DNA of 64,000 nt from Felis catus (GCF_018350175.1 NC_058368.1:22756001-22820000); one strand, 5' to 3'. Counted from the stretch's first letter, positions 14,401 to 26,926 are shown. Numbers and translations: made by a program. The notes: generated by a model from the sequence alone, not told the origin.

Positions 14401-15217
14401 CTGACCTTAGGGGGAAAGCTTTCAGATTTTCCCCATGGAGGATGATATTAGCATTGGGTCTTTCATATATGGCTTTTATGATCTCGAGGTATGATCCTTC
14501 TATCCCTACTTTCTGGAGGATTTTTATCAAGAAAAGATGCTGTATTTTGTCAAATGCTTTCTCTGCATCTGTTGAGAGGATCACATGGTTCTTGTCCTTT
14601 CTTTTATTGATGTGATGAATCACGTTAATTGTTTTGCAGATATTGAACGAGCCCTGCATCCCAGGTATAAATCCCACTTGGTCGTGGTGAATAATTTTTT
14701 TAATGTATTGTTGGATCTGGTTGGCTAATACCTTGTTGAGGATTTTTGCATCCATGTTCATCAGGGAAATCGGTCTGTAGTTCTCCTTTTTAGTGGGGTC
14801 TCTGGTTTTGGAATCAAGGTCATGCTGGTTTCATAGAAAGAGTTTGGAAGTTTTCCTTCCATTTCTATTCTTTGGGACAGCTTCAAGAGAGTAGGTGTTA
14901 ACTCTTCCTTAAATGTTTGGTAGAATTCCCCTGGAAAGCCATCTGGTCCTGGACTCTTGTTTTTTGGGAGGTTTTTGATTCCTAATTCAATTTCCTTACT
15001 GGTTATGGGTCTGTTCAAATTTTCTATTTCTTCCTGTTCCAGTTTTGGTAGTATATATGTTTCTAGGAATTGGTCCATTTCTTCCAGGTTGCCCATTTTA
15101 TTGGCATATAATTGCTCATAATATTCTCTTATTATTGTTTTTATTTCTGCTGTGTTGGTTGTGATTTCTCCTCTTTCATTCTTGATTTTATGTATTTGGG
15201 TCCTTTCCTTTTTCTTT

Positions 15218-15432
15218 AAAATTTTTTTTCAACGTTTTTTTATTTATTTTTGGGACAGAGAGAGACAGAGCATGAACGGGGGAGGGGCAGAGAGAGAGGG
15301 AGACACAGAATCGGAAACAGGCTCCAGGCTCCGAGCCATCAGCCCAGAGCCTGACGCGGGGCTCGAACTCACCGCGAGATCGTGACCTGGATGAAGTCGG
15401 ACGCTTAATCGACTGCGCCACCCAGGCGCCCA
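15218..15432 (-). mobile_element. Young felid CAN-SINE inserted in L1 ORF2
   Basis: CpG-rich body ending gactgcgccacccaggcgccc; flanking repeat tcctttttcttt. Confidence 0.92.
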
Positions 15433-17894
15433 TCCTTTTTCTTTTTGATCAAACTGGCTAGTGGCTTATCAATTTTCTAAATTCTTTCGAAGCACCAGCT
15501 TCTGGTTTCATTGATCTGTTCTACTTTTTTTTTTTTTTTTTTTTTTTTTTTGGTTTTGATAGCATTAGTTTCTGCTCTAATCTTTATTATTTCCTGTCTT
15601 CTGCTGGTTTTGGGTTTTATTTGCTGTTCTTTTTCCAGCTCTTTAAGGCCTCAGGTTAGGTTGTGTATCTGAGATCTTTCTTCCTTCTTTAGGAAGGCCT
15701 GGATTGCTATATACTTTCCTCTTATGGCTGCCTTTGCTGTGTGCCAGAGGTTTTGGGTTGTGGTGTTATCATCTTCATTGGCTTCCATGAACTTTTTAAT
15801 TTCATCTTTAACTGCTTGGTTAGCCCATTCATTCTTCAGTAGGATGTTCTTCAGTCTCCAAGTATTTGTTACCTTTCCAAATTTTTTCTTGTGGTTGATT
15901 TCAAGTTTCATAGCATTATGGTCTGAAAATATGCACAGTATGATCTCAATTCTTTGTACTTGCTGAGGGCTGATTTGTGTCCCAGTATGTGGTCTGTTCT
16001 GGAGAATGTTCCATGTGCACTGGAGGAGAATGTATATTCTGCTGCTTTAGGATGAAATGTTCTGAATATATCTGTTAAGTCCATCTGGTCCAGTGTGTTA
16101 TTCAAAGCCATTGTTTCCTTGTTGATTTTTTGATTAGATGATCTGTCCATTGCTGTGAGTGGGATGTTGAAGTCTCCTACTTTTATGGTATTACTATCGA
16201 TGAGTTTCTTTATGTTTGTGATTGATTTATACATTTGGGTGCTGCCACATTTGGTGCATAAATGTTTACAATTATTAGGTCTTCTTGGTGGGTAGACCCC
16301 TTGATTTTGATATAATGCCCTTCTTCATCTCTTGATACAGTCTTTATTTTAAAGTCTAAATTATCTGATATAAGTATGGCTACTCTGGCTTTCTTTTGTT
16401 GACCATTAGCATGATAGATGGTTCTCCATTTGCTTACTTTCAGTCTAAAGGTGTCTTTAGGTGTAAAGTGGGTCTCTTGTAAACAGCATATAGATGGATC
16501 TTGTTTTCTTATTCATTCTGTTACCCTATGTCTTTTGATTGGAGCATTGAGTCCATTAATGTTTAGAGTGAGTACTGGAAGATATGAATGTATTGCCATT
16601 ATGTTGCTTGTAGAGTTGGAGTTTCTGGTGGTGTTCTCTGGTCCTTTCTAGTCTTTGTTGCTTTTGGTATTCATTCATTTATTTATTTGTTTATTATTTA
16701 TTTATTTTATCTTTTCTCCCCTCAGAGAGTCCCCCTTAAAATCTCTTGCAGGGTTGTTTTAGTGGTCATGAACTCCTTTAAGTTTTGTTTGGGAAACTTT
16801 ATCTCCTATTTTGAATGACACCCTTGCTGCATAAAGAATTCTTGGCTGCATATTTTTCTGAGTCAAGCACAATTAATATATCCTGCCACTCCTTTCTGGC
16901 CTGCAAAGTTTCTGTGGATAGGTCTGTTACAAACCTGATCTGTCTTCCCTTGCAGGTTAAGGACTTTTTTTCCCTTGCTGCTTTCCTGATTCTCTCCTGG
17001 CTTCAGTATTTTGTGAATTTGACTATGATATGCCTTATTGATGGTCAGTTTTTGTTGAATCTAATGGGAGTTCTGTGTGCTTCCTGAGTTTTGATATCTG
17101 TGTCTTTTCCTAGGTTAGGAAAATTTTCCACTATGATTTGTTCACATAACCCTTCTACCCCTATTTCTCTCTCTTCCTCTTCTGGAACGCCTGTGATTCT
17201 GATGTTTTTTCCTTTTTAATGAATTACTGATTTCTCTAATTCTTAAATCATGCTCTTTTGCCTCAATCTCCCTCTTTTTTTCTGCTTCATTATTCTCCAT
17301 AAATTTGTCCTCTATATGGCTCATTCCTGTTTTGCCTCATCCATCCTTGCTGCCGTGGCGTCCATCCAAGATTGCAGCTCAGTTATAGCATGTTTTATTT
17401 CATCCTGACTAGCTTTTACTTCTTTTATCTCCGCAGAAAGGGATTCTAATCTATTTTCGACTCCAGCTAGTGTTCATATTATCGTGATTCTAAATTCTGG
17501 TTCAGACATCTTGTTTCTATCTCTGTTGGTTAAATCCTTGGCTGTCGTTTCTTCGTGCTCTTTCCTTTGGGGTGAATTCCTTCGTTTCATCATTTTGAAG
17601 GGAGAAAAAGGATTAATGAGGTAAAAAAATTAAAATTAAAAAAGTGTTAAAAATAAAGACACACTCACAAAATCAAATATATGATGCTAGATCTTAGGTG
17701 TGTTTTGGTCTGGGTGTTGAAAGGGTCTTGACAGATTAGAGAAAAAAGGGGAACGAAAAAAACACAAATCGTTTGAAAATTTGAAAAAATGAATACACTG
17801 AAGTGACTAAAATGAATTGGTGGAATTAAATAGAATTTGAAAAAATTTACCCCAAAGTAAAAAATACAGTAGAAAAAAATAAAATATTGTTTAC

Positions 17895-18080
17895 ATTTTT
17901 GTTAATGTTTATTTGTGAGAGAGATCATGAGCAGGGGAGGGGCAGAGAGAGAGAGGAAGCAGGCTCCAGGCTCTGAGCTGTCAGCACAGAGCCCGATGCG
18001 GGGCTTTAACTCACAAATCATGAGATTATGACCTGAGCTGACATCCGATGCTTAACCGAGTGAGCCACCCAGGTGCCCCC
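17895..18080 (-). mobile_element. CAN-SINE in the L1 5'UTR
   Basis: SINE body ending gagccacccaggtgcccccc. Confidence 0.85.
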
Positions 18081-20503
18081 CAAATTAAGATATTTTTAAT
18101 AAAAATTGAAAATAAAAATGAGGTTTTTCTCTTTATGTGTTCAAGAAAAAGAAAAGAAACAAGAAATAGAAAAAAAAGAAAATTGAATAGATGGGCCAGT
18201 GAACATACTGAAATACGACTGAAATCACTTCATTTTCCCCTAGAAGTCAAACTATGACGCACTTTATAGTCCATAAACTATGCAGGCGGAGAGACGTGTG
18301 TTCCTGAAGATCAAGGTTGGCCCAGTTGCGCGGGACTCAATGTAATGGCTTGGTTCTCCAGTAGATGGCGCTGCTTACCTTACTGGGGTGGATTGTTGTA
18401 GTGCTCGTAGGTGCGCATGCGCACGCGCAGGAGTGGTAAAAATGGCATCACCCAGCTATCCAGTCTCTAGTATCGGAACTCTGTTCTCCCCGATCAGCAC
18501 TCGTGCACCAGTCCTTTGTCTTTGGCTTCTATCCACTCCCGCTTTTACACAGTCCGTGACCAAGCCCCAAGCAGCACCTCCCTCCTGAGTTTTGTCTCAG
18601 ACGTGGCTGTTTTTTCCGACCTCTTATTTCTGAGGGACTGCGGCTTTGACCGTTTCTGCCCCTCTGCAGGAGGGTCTCATCAAGCAATGTCTGGGTGCCA
18701 GCCGCACCCAGGAACATTTGTGGGGCCATGCCGCTGCCAATGCCCAGAGACTATGGCTGGGTGCCAGCCCTCCCCAGAAAAAGTTCGCAAGATAGTGCAG
18801 CAGCAGCGTTTCAGGGAGTATGGAAAATCAGAACACACATCTGGCACCAGGCTTTATCCTTAACAACCTTGTTCCAGCACCAGCGAATGTGGTTGTTCTC
18901 CCGGGTCCACTTGGACCTTGCCTTTGGGGGACCCACACAGTCTCTACCAGGTGTCCTCCCAGCAGGGGAACCGCCTCTCTCCGTGTGACCTGAAGAACCC
19001 CAGAATCCACTCTACTCCTGGGGATTCACCCTTCACACCAGAGCACATCCAGGTATTGAGCTGCAGAGTTGCAGACTCTGCACTCCCTGTGTTTAGAGTC
19101 TTAATGGAATTTAAACCCTCTCCTTTCTCCTTTCTCCCTTTTTAGTTCAGTCCCTGCAGCTGTTTCCACTTTTACATTTTCTCTCCAGCTGCTTTTGGGG
19201 AGGGGTGCTTTTCCCGTATTCTACCCCCCTCCCCAGTCTCCGTCCTCTCTCCGCCCCCAAAAGCGGTTCCCTACCTTTTGTGGCTTCTTGCTCCCCAAAT
19301 TCACCTCTCCATGCCACGTACCTGCTGAATTCTGTGGTTCAGTTGTGTAGATTGTTGTGTTAATCCTCAGATCAGTTTTCTAGGTGTGCAGCATGGTTTA
19401 GTGTTGGTTTGGCTGTATTTCATGGACATGAGACACAAAAAAAACTTCGATGCTGTTCAGCCATCTTAGCTCCTCCGACCAGCATTGTCTTTTAAATAGT
19501 GAAATAGGAAAGGATAAAATAGAGTAGGATACAGTAGAATAGAGTAAGACAGAAAAAATAGAAAAAAGGATGTCGTTAAGCACATCATATAAGAGTAAGA
19601 ATTATTTTGTCAAACTTTTGTTTCAGATACATACATGTATCAAAAAAAAAAAAAAAGATCAAAAGACACTGCTCTGGCCTAAATATTGTTGAGTTACTCT
19701 CTAAAGTGATTATACCAGTTGCTTTTCTTACAGCAGTATGAGTGTGCTTTATGATATGTATCCTCACCAACACTAGGTATTATCCCCCTTTAATTTTGCA
19801 GATGGGTGAGCTCTGTCTCACTGTGATTGCATTTCCATAGTGAATTTGAGCATCTCTTAATATGTTTATTGTTTCTGTGAGTTTTCTTGTCTTTTGCCCA
19901 TTTCTAAATTGGATTGTTTTTTTTGTTACTGATTTTTAGGTATTTATTCTGGATACAAATTCTTTGTAAGCCACCAGTTATATATGTTGAAAATATCTTC
20001 TCTCATTCTGTGGCATGTGTTTTCCTTTGTTCATTTTGTTTTTTAGTATGCCATATTTTTTTAAGTTTTACCAGACATTGTGGTTTATGCTTCTGTGTCT
20101 TATTTAAGAAATCTTTCCCTGCCCTAAGGTCACAAAGATGTTTTCTATACCTTCTTCCAAAAGTATGAAAGTTTTGCTTTTTTCACATTCCAGATGGCTT
20201 CTCTTGCATTTTCTTTGTTGACATATTACAAATTAAACTGTATAGAGTTTTTTCGTATGTTACATTATTCAAGTTGGTGAAGTATTGTCCCAAAACTTAC
20301 AAAGTATAAAATCTAAAAGTTATATTTTACAATATTGATTTTTAATAATTGAGCATATCTACTGACTTTTTAATAACAGAGCTAATACAGTTTTTAAACT
20401 GTATACTTCTCAGATAAATAATAGCTTGTTGTAGTTGCAAGATGGTATATTCTTTTCCTTCTCTGTTTTTCTCTAATAGAATTTATGTATTTATGTTTTT
20501 CAG

Positions 20504-20602
20504 TCACATTAACTTTATCCTAGAAGACAACTTTACAAGGATCTAGACAGAACAGGATTAAAGATGACTGAATACTGAGCTCCAGAAACTTAAAACAATC
20601 AG
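20504..20602 (+). other. RCBTB2: Probable RCBTB2 5'UTR exon (99 nt), containing uORF MTEY*
   Basis: Acceptor ttatgtttttcag|, donor CAG|gtacaa; unique sequence resembling my recollection of the human RCBTB2 5'UTR. Confidence 0.65.
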
Positions 20603-22851
20603 GTACAAAAATATTTGGAGGGAACTTTCCCAGCCAGTCAGTACAAAATAAAATGGGAACGTACATAGGAAAACTTAAAATATCCTTGAAATACAGGAGA
20701 GGGTCCAAGAGAGAAGTTTTGAAATCCATCTTGTGTTCAAATATTGGCTCTAACCCTGACTGGTTGGTGATGGTTGGTCAAGTTTTGTAAACATGTCCAT
20801 AAAATGGAGGCAATGATTGTGTCTGTTCATTTTGGCTATTGTAAAGTTTAATGAGATAATATAAGGCACTTAATACTTGGCACAGGGTTACTGTTTATTT
20901 TAACCATTATTATTGTTGCTACTGTTATTTGTAATTCAAAGGTATGGTATTCTGTATATTGTGGATTTTTAGGAAGTATATATTGATATACTGCTATAAC
21001 ATTGATAGTAATAATAGCCTGCTAAAATCATGTAGAAAATAGAATAAGATAACTATAATACTCACATATATTCCATAAACTATATTCCTTAAGTGGTGCA
21101 AATTGACGCTAGTTTTCTCTGTTATGTTTGTATCACACTGAAATAATGTGAGAAAAAAAATCAGTCTACTTTCTACAATGCTAGAGAATTCAACAGTTTT
21201 TTTTCACAGTACTGTACAATAGTACTTATTCTTGAGTCATTTTTAAATCTTCAAGAATGTTCTGACCAATAAAGATGAAATTATGTTAATCTTATGGTTA
21301 ATGTTAGTTGAATCTTACAAATGTTATTTCTTTGATTGTGGTAATTTCAGTATGCCACTAATGCAATTATGTCTTAACTTGAGTGTCAAACACAATGGGC
21401 TGTGTTCCACCACTCTAATTTTTAAATAGGTACTATAATTGAAATTGATCAAAGACACCAAAAAGAGCTATTTATTTTCTTCCTTTAAAAACTAGGATAC
21501 TCAGTTGATTAAACAAACCAACAAAACAAAACAAAAACTCTGTTAGCTGATATGGAATGATTTTCAGGAGATACATTGTTAACTGAGTTTTAAAAAAATG
21601 CAAATTGTCCAAGAGTATATAAAATTGCTATTTTTTATGTAAGGAGGAAACGAAACAGGAAGAATAAACCAGAAAACGATGGAATTGGTTACTTACAATG
21701 GTAGAGTGAGGGGTAGGGTGGGAAACGACAAACCAGGAATACTGGTTAGTGTGTTGGAAAGATTTCCCTTCTACTAGACACAAGGTAGCCTACAATACAA
21801 TGAGAGGCATCTCTTCTTTGGTCCCTTTTTCTCCTCTTATTCATTTCCTCTTTTTTCTTGCCTTTGACTTCTGTTCTAGTTTTTTTCTCTTCCTCTTTGT
21901 TTTTTCCCCTCTCCTCTTTTTGTTTTTTGTTCTCGTAAACTTGGGGCAAAATGTAGATGATGCAGTTAGGATGAAACAAAACGAAAAGAATCTTCAATGC
22001 AGGCAGTCTCTTGTATACAAAAAGCTGTATTCAAAGGATGCTTTCAACCAGTATATGGTATTGTGGTCTGCTGTGACCCATGTCCTGTGGTGGTTATAGC
22101 AATGAACGAGTCAGGGTTGCCTCTCTTAACAACGCTTGCAAATTAATAGAGAAGCACAGATCAAGTAGGATTAACTGTCACATGAAATTATCTTCCCATA
22201 TTGGCAACTAGACCAAGTTTTATAAATAAATAAGTGAGAAAAGTCTAAGTGATTATTTTAAAAACAAGCATATCTTTTCCAAACATTAGAAACAATGATT
22301 TGTATCAGTTGTCATAGTTTGAGTTACAATTATTCTGAATATGATTATTCCTTATATTCTAAGAGACCTTTCCATAGCTGATGAGAACAAAATTTTACCA
22401 GCATTCTCTATTATAAAGCTCTAACTGCTTATAAATAATATCAGATAAAATGTTCTGATGTTAGTCCCTTTGAAATGTGGATTGTATTTGTTTGAGTAAA
22501 TAGAATCCAAACTAATAAATCAGAAATATCAACATTATTAAATATGATTTCATTCTATTGCTTTGAGGTAGAGGAGAATATTTCTTTATATTTATTTTTA
22601 GTGATGGGATAGTTAACTGTGTAATGATTGAACCACAGTCTAGACATACTGCGTATCTTTTATTAGAGCTGCTTCTGCTGTTACTTCTATGTGGTAGAAA
22701 GTAGTCATTGTGGAGATGGTTAATTAAGACAAGAACATTGAGTGCTGTTGCTACATACTTGGTGGCTGTTGTTGCAGATTTTTTGTTAAAGTCTAGGATA
22801 ACAAAGCCATATTTGGTTCATCCTTTCATTTTTTTTCATTCATTCCTCCTT

Positions 22852-22853
22852 TT

Positions 22854-22933
<80 letters not shown>

Positions 22934-23112
22934 TTTCTTCCTTCCTTTCCTTTCCTTTCCTTTCCTTTCCTTTCCTTTCCTTTCCTTCCTTTCCTTCCTT
23001 TCCTTCCTTTCCTTCCTTTCCTTCCTTTCCTTCCTTTCCTTCCTTTCCTTCCTTCCTTCCTTCCTTCCTTCCTTCCTTCCTTCCTTCCTTCCTTCCTTCC
23101 TTCCTTCCTTCC
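22852..23112 (+). repeat. Compound pyrimidine microsatellite (TTTC)n-(TTTCC)n-(TTCCTTTCC)n-(TTCC)n
   Basis: Direct reading; purine-free on the + strand. Confidence 0.98.
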
Positions 23113-23121
23113 TTTTTCCAG

Positions 23122-23217
23122 CTTACCAAATCATACACTCTTCAGTGGAGCTGAGAACTGATAAGTCTGCTGTTCACAGATTTGGAACTTTCCAATCCCA
23201 GGGAAAATTTGACCAAG
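23122..23217 (+). other. RCBTB2: Probable RCBTB2 5'UTR exon (96 nt)
   Basis: Acceptor cctttttccag|cttacc, weak donor AAG|gtctaa; lies 345 nt before the start-codon exon. Confidence 0.6.
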
Positions 23218-23585
23218 GTCTAAAATTTTATTTTTCCTTATCTAGAGGAGGTCAACTGTAAAATGAAAATTTTCTACTTATTTCCTTATAGATTTAAGAA
23301 TCTTCATTTATCCTGGGATTACTTTTCCAGACCTCAGCAGGAGGATTACATAAGAGACCATAAGATAGTTTCAGAACAGTTAAAACACCTTTTGGTTTTT
23401 ATGGCTGTTAACTCTCATGCCTACACATTAATTCCCTTATCTTCCCTTCACCATATTTGAGCTTAGCTTATTTTCTCTGTTAATTGGAAGTAAAATAATT
23501 TTAACCTGCCTAGTTTCATTCCACACACAGGATCCTGATTTTACCACATACTTTTTCCTCAGGGACTGCACAGGACTGAGTCCAT

Positions 23586-23627
23586 ATGGAAGAAGAGCTT
23601 TCCCTTTCCTATGGAGAAAGTGGCAAG
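23586..23627 (+). CDS. RCBTB2: RCBTB2 coding exon 1 (exon starts 23563): MEEELSLSYGESGK
   Basis: Acceptor ctttttcctcag at 23562, in-frame upstream TGA at 23577, donor AAG|gttaga, phase 0; resembles the human N-terminus MEEELPLFSGDSGK. Confidence 0.9.
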
Positions 23628-24603
23628 GTTAGAAAAAACAAACAAAAACATGCCTCTGCAGCATGTATTTTCTGTTGCATGAAACCTATACCAATCATCT
23701 GTTGGTCATCCAATAGGAAGATCAGTGAGATAGTACTTGTCTTTGAGGGGCTCACAGTGTAGTTACTCAGATGCAAACATAATTACTGTGGGTACAGAGA
23801 ATGCCAAAGGGGCTGGCAGAAAACTGTGGGTACTGTCTGAGGGGTAGGGCAGGGTTCCTGAAGATGGTGCCTTTTCAGCTGGATGAGGAGTACAGACCAT
23901 CCCTGCTTTCACAGATAATACCACCCTGCAAGAGGGTCTGAGTTGAGCAATGTTTGCTCCGTTCCCAGAGATTTCAGAAAACTATAAAACACCTAATCTT
24001 AGATGACATATTCTTAATTCATCACAGATATTCTTTAACTTATTCATTTTCCACCACAGCTTAACACTACAGTCAACCAGCTTAAGTCTAGTCAGTGTCC
24101 AACTGATGTTAGAAGTTTCACACCTTTCAGCATGCACATCATTTTCCATCTTGTGTTAATTTTATTAAATTGGCATGATGTCTGTTCTTCATTAGTAACA
24201 ATATTAACTGCCACTGTTAACTTTCATTTTCCTGTTTTCTGCTCTTTTTAAATAAATATGGTCAAAACACAACAAAAGATGTAAATAATTATACAAAGCC
24301 AGCATAGTGTGCAAAGATGGCAGAACTTCTAAAACTGAACCATAGTATCACCATGGACGTGTTTGTTGTGAACCCTTGTAGGAAAGTACGAAAGTAACTT
24401 ACAAAAGTAATGTATAGAACTTGAGAATGTTATAAAATGCTAACAGAAAAATTCCTAATTTTTCCTGGGAGCAACAGATTTTGTGAAATAGAACAGACTC
24501 ACAGAATTAGCAATGAAATGACTTTATTACATATAAAATGTTACATTGCCAGGAAGTCTTCAAAAGGCAAGGTGTTGGTGGGTTTTTTAAAATAACTTTT
24601 TTT

Positions 24604-24836
24604 GGGGCGCCTGGGTGGCGCAGTCGGTTAAGCGTCCTACTTCAGCCAGGTCACGATCTCGCGGTCCGTGAGTTCGAGCCCCGCGTCGGGCTCTGGGCTG
24701 ATGGCTCGGAGCCTGGAGCCTGTTTCTGATTCTGTGTCTCCCTCTCTCTCTGCCCCTCCCCTGTTCATGCTCTGTCTCTCTCTGTCCCAAAAATAAATAA
24801 AAATATTGAAAAAAAAATTAAAAAAAAAATAAAATA
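24604..24836 (+). mobile_element. Young felid CAN-SINE
   Basis: Near-consensus, CpG-retaining body; TSD aaataactttttttg on both sides. Confidence 0.95.
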
Positions 24837-26926
24837 AAATAACTTTTTTTGTTAGGCATGCCCAATGGGTAATTTTGGTTCTAATGCTATATGCGGTATT
24901 TTAAATTTAATTGTGACAACTTAGTAATCGTCTGGAGTCAGGTGAAGTATCATAATCTGTTTGGTTCTTCATATTGTTAGAGAAGCAGAGTTATATCGGT
25001 AGCACATACTCAAAAGAATAATAAAATGCTTCTTGGTCTCTAATTTTATGGAGCTTAGTTTCCTTAATTACATTTTTCTTGAGCTAATGTTAAAATTTCA
25101 CTACTTTGTGTCTCCCAGATAGATGCCAGTGAAAGACAGGGGGGTGAGGGGCTGGATGTGAGCAAAGTAGTAAAGGAAATCTGGCCAGGAAATAGTTATT
25201 ACCTGTAATAATGTTATATGTAGGAAGGAGGATTACCTGGGCCAAATTAGGACTGAATTCTAGGGACACAATATAGATGACTTGTCTACTGCTAAGCTCT
25301 CATTTCCTGGCAATGTTTTTGCCCCATTCAGATTTGTCTGTTGCCTGCCTTGGCTCTTGCTCAGCCAGTCCCTTATTTAGCAGGTGGGCACAGAGGTGGT
25401 TGGGTGCCTTTTGTAGAGATGGCTGCTGTCATGCAGGGTGGCTGCAGGCCCTACAAGGTGCGCTATATGTGAACCCTATGCTACCTACACTCTTATTATA
25501 TACACAAAGTGTATATGTACATATGATACATGTACATGTTTATAATACATACAGTGTATACAGCTGTATATACTCTTGAGTGTATTGGAGAGAAAAATGT
25601 ATTTTTCTTCTGTGAACAAAGATGTTACAGTTCCTTGAGACTGATACTAAATGTTTACCTCAAAAAGTGTAAATGTATGCATTTCGTAAAGTAAGTCATC
25701 AGTTCCCCCATGAAATAACTCCCCCAAAAGACTTAGAAAAATGAATTTTTGACGACTAACCTCCAGGAGCTAGTCTGACAGATATTTGAAAGCAATGTAT
25801 TCACACCTCCTTTGTACCCAGGTTATATTGTAAATATTTGTTTTCTATCGTGAGCTCCTTGAAGGGAGTGATGATGTTTCGTTTTTACATCTTTAGATCC
25901 TTGCACTCAATACATGTTCAATGATACTGTCAGACCTGATGTTTTGTTGACCTGTGTCATCCTTTAACAAATGTATGACTGCAGGTGACATCACCCCCCC
26001 CCCAACACACACACACACACACATGAGGTCCAGTGGTTAGTAGAGTCATGGGGGGGGGGTACTAGAGGTTTTATACAGGTGGGCCATGCTTTGTAGACAA
26101 GTGTTTAGGAGCTTGTTGGATTTATAACCTGATTCTAGGCATCTAAGAGACCACTTGATTTTTGTAGCAGGGCAAGTTGCAATCCAAAAATCTGCTTGAA
26201 AGGAGAAAATGAGGTAGCAGTGCTTATTTTCTCATCGTATATTGCCATCTGCCCTGTTTATGGAAGGTAACCCACAGTGTGGATCACTGCCCTGTTCAGC
26301 AAGGAGTTTATGAGACCAGCTAGTGCCCTGTGATTGCAAGCAGTAGGTCTACCAGTAGTATAACTTTATGTGAACTGTTTTCTCTGCAACATGTGGTGTG
26401 TGGAAAGCAATCTTTAGAAGCAAGTGCTCTTGGAGGGTTACTTAGTGCTTCTGTGCCTCAGTTTCCTTGCATTTAAAATGAGGATAGCAATATCTATGCC
26501 CTACAATTATGAAGGTTGGAAATAATATATAAGAATTCTTTTAACTCACACATTAGTTCATCTATAAATATTTGAGGTCACATTCCAAATGTTGTTCTTT
26601 TTTAAATTTATAGACTTAAATAGGAAAAAATAAATAAAATGAAGACCCCATAGAAAATAAGATTCCTTCATGAGATATGGAGGTGGATAATTTATGTAGA
26701 AGCTTAGAATAAAAGCTAACCTAACAAGATTCTGTCCTTAGCTCTGTAGTGGCCTTGGGTGCTGCCCACAAGGGAGTAGAAGACATCCTTCTCCAGACAG
26801 GGTCTTAGAACTTGAATGACATCGTGAGGGAAAGTGGCTGGATTTGGCATCAGAGGAGCTCATCTTGGTCAGGTGCTGCCATTAACTCAGGATGGTGCTG
26901 TGAGCTGTTATAAGCTGCTTACTTTC

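Larger units (their letters stand above)
12316..19476 (-). mobile_element. Full-length felid-type LINE-1, inactivated, antisense to RCBTB2
   Basis: 5' end GGAGGAGCTAAGATGGC at 19476; ORF1 ATG ~17593; ORF2 ATG 16599 (MAIHSYLPVLTLNINGLNAPIKRHRVTE*); RT motifs GTRQGCPLS and LFADD in 14192-14761; polyA at ~12316; 17-bp TSD GACCAGCATT(T/G)TCTTTT at 12299-12315 and 19477-19493 with a TTT/AAAA endonuclease site. Confidence 0.96.

Noticed and set aside
13168..16234. Reverse-transcriptase/endonuclease ORF fragments as a novel or active retroelement gene
   Set aside because: Pieces of ordinary L1 ORF2 broken by stops, frameshifts and a SINE insertion.
22708..23154. 148-aa and 100-aa ORFs (FLSF/PSF and KEGR/KERK repeats)
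   Set aside because: Translations of the pyrimidine microsatellite; open only because the repeat lacks stop codons.
24604..24690. tRNA-like A/B box sequence
   Set aside because: Head of a tRNA-derived SINE, not a tRNA gene; the same holds for the other SINE copies.
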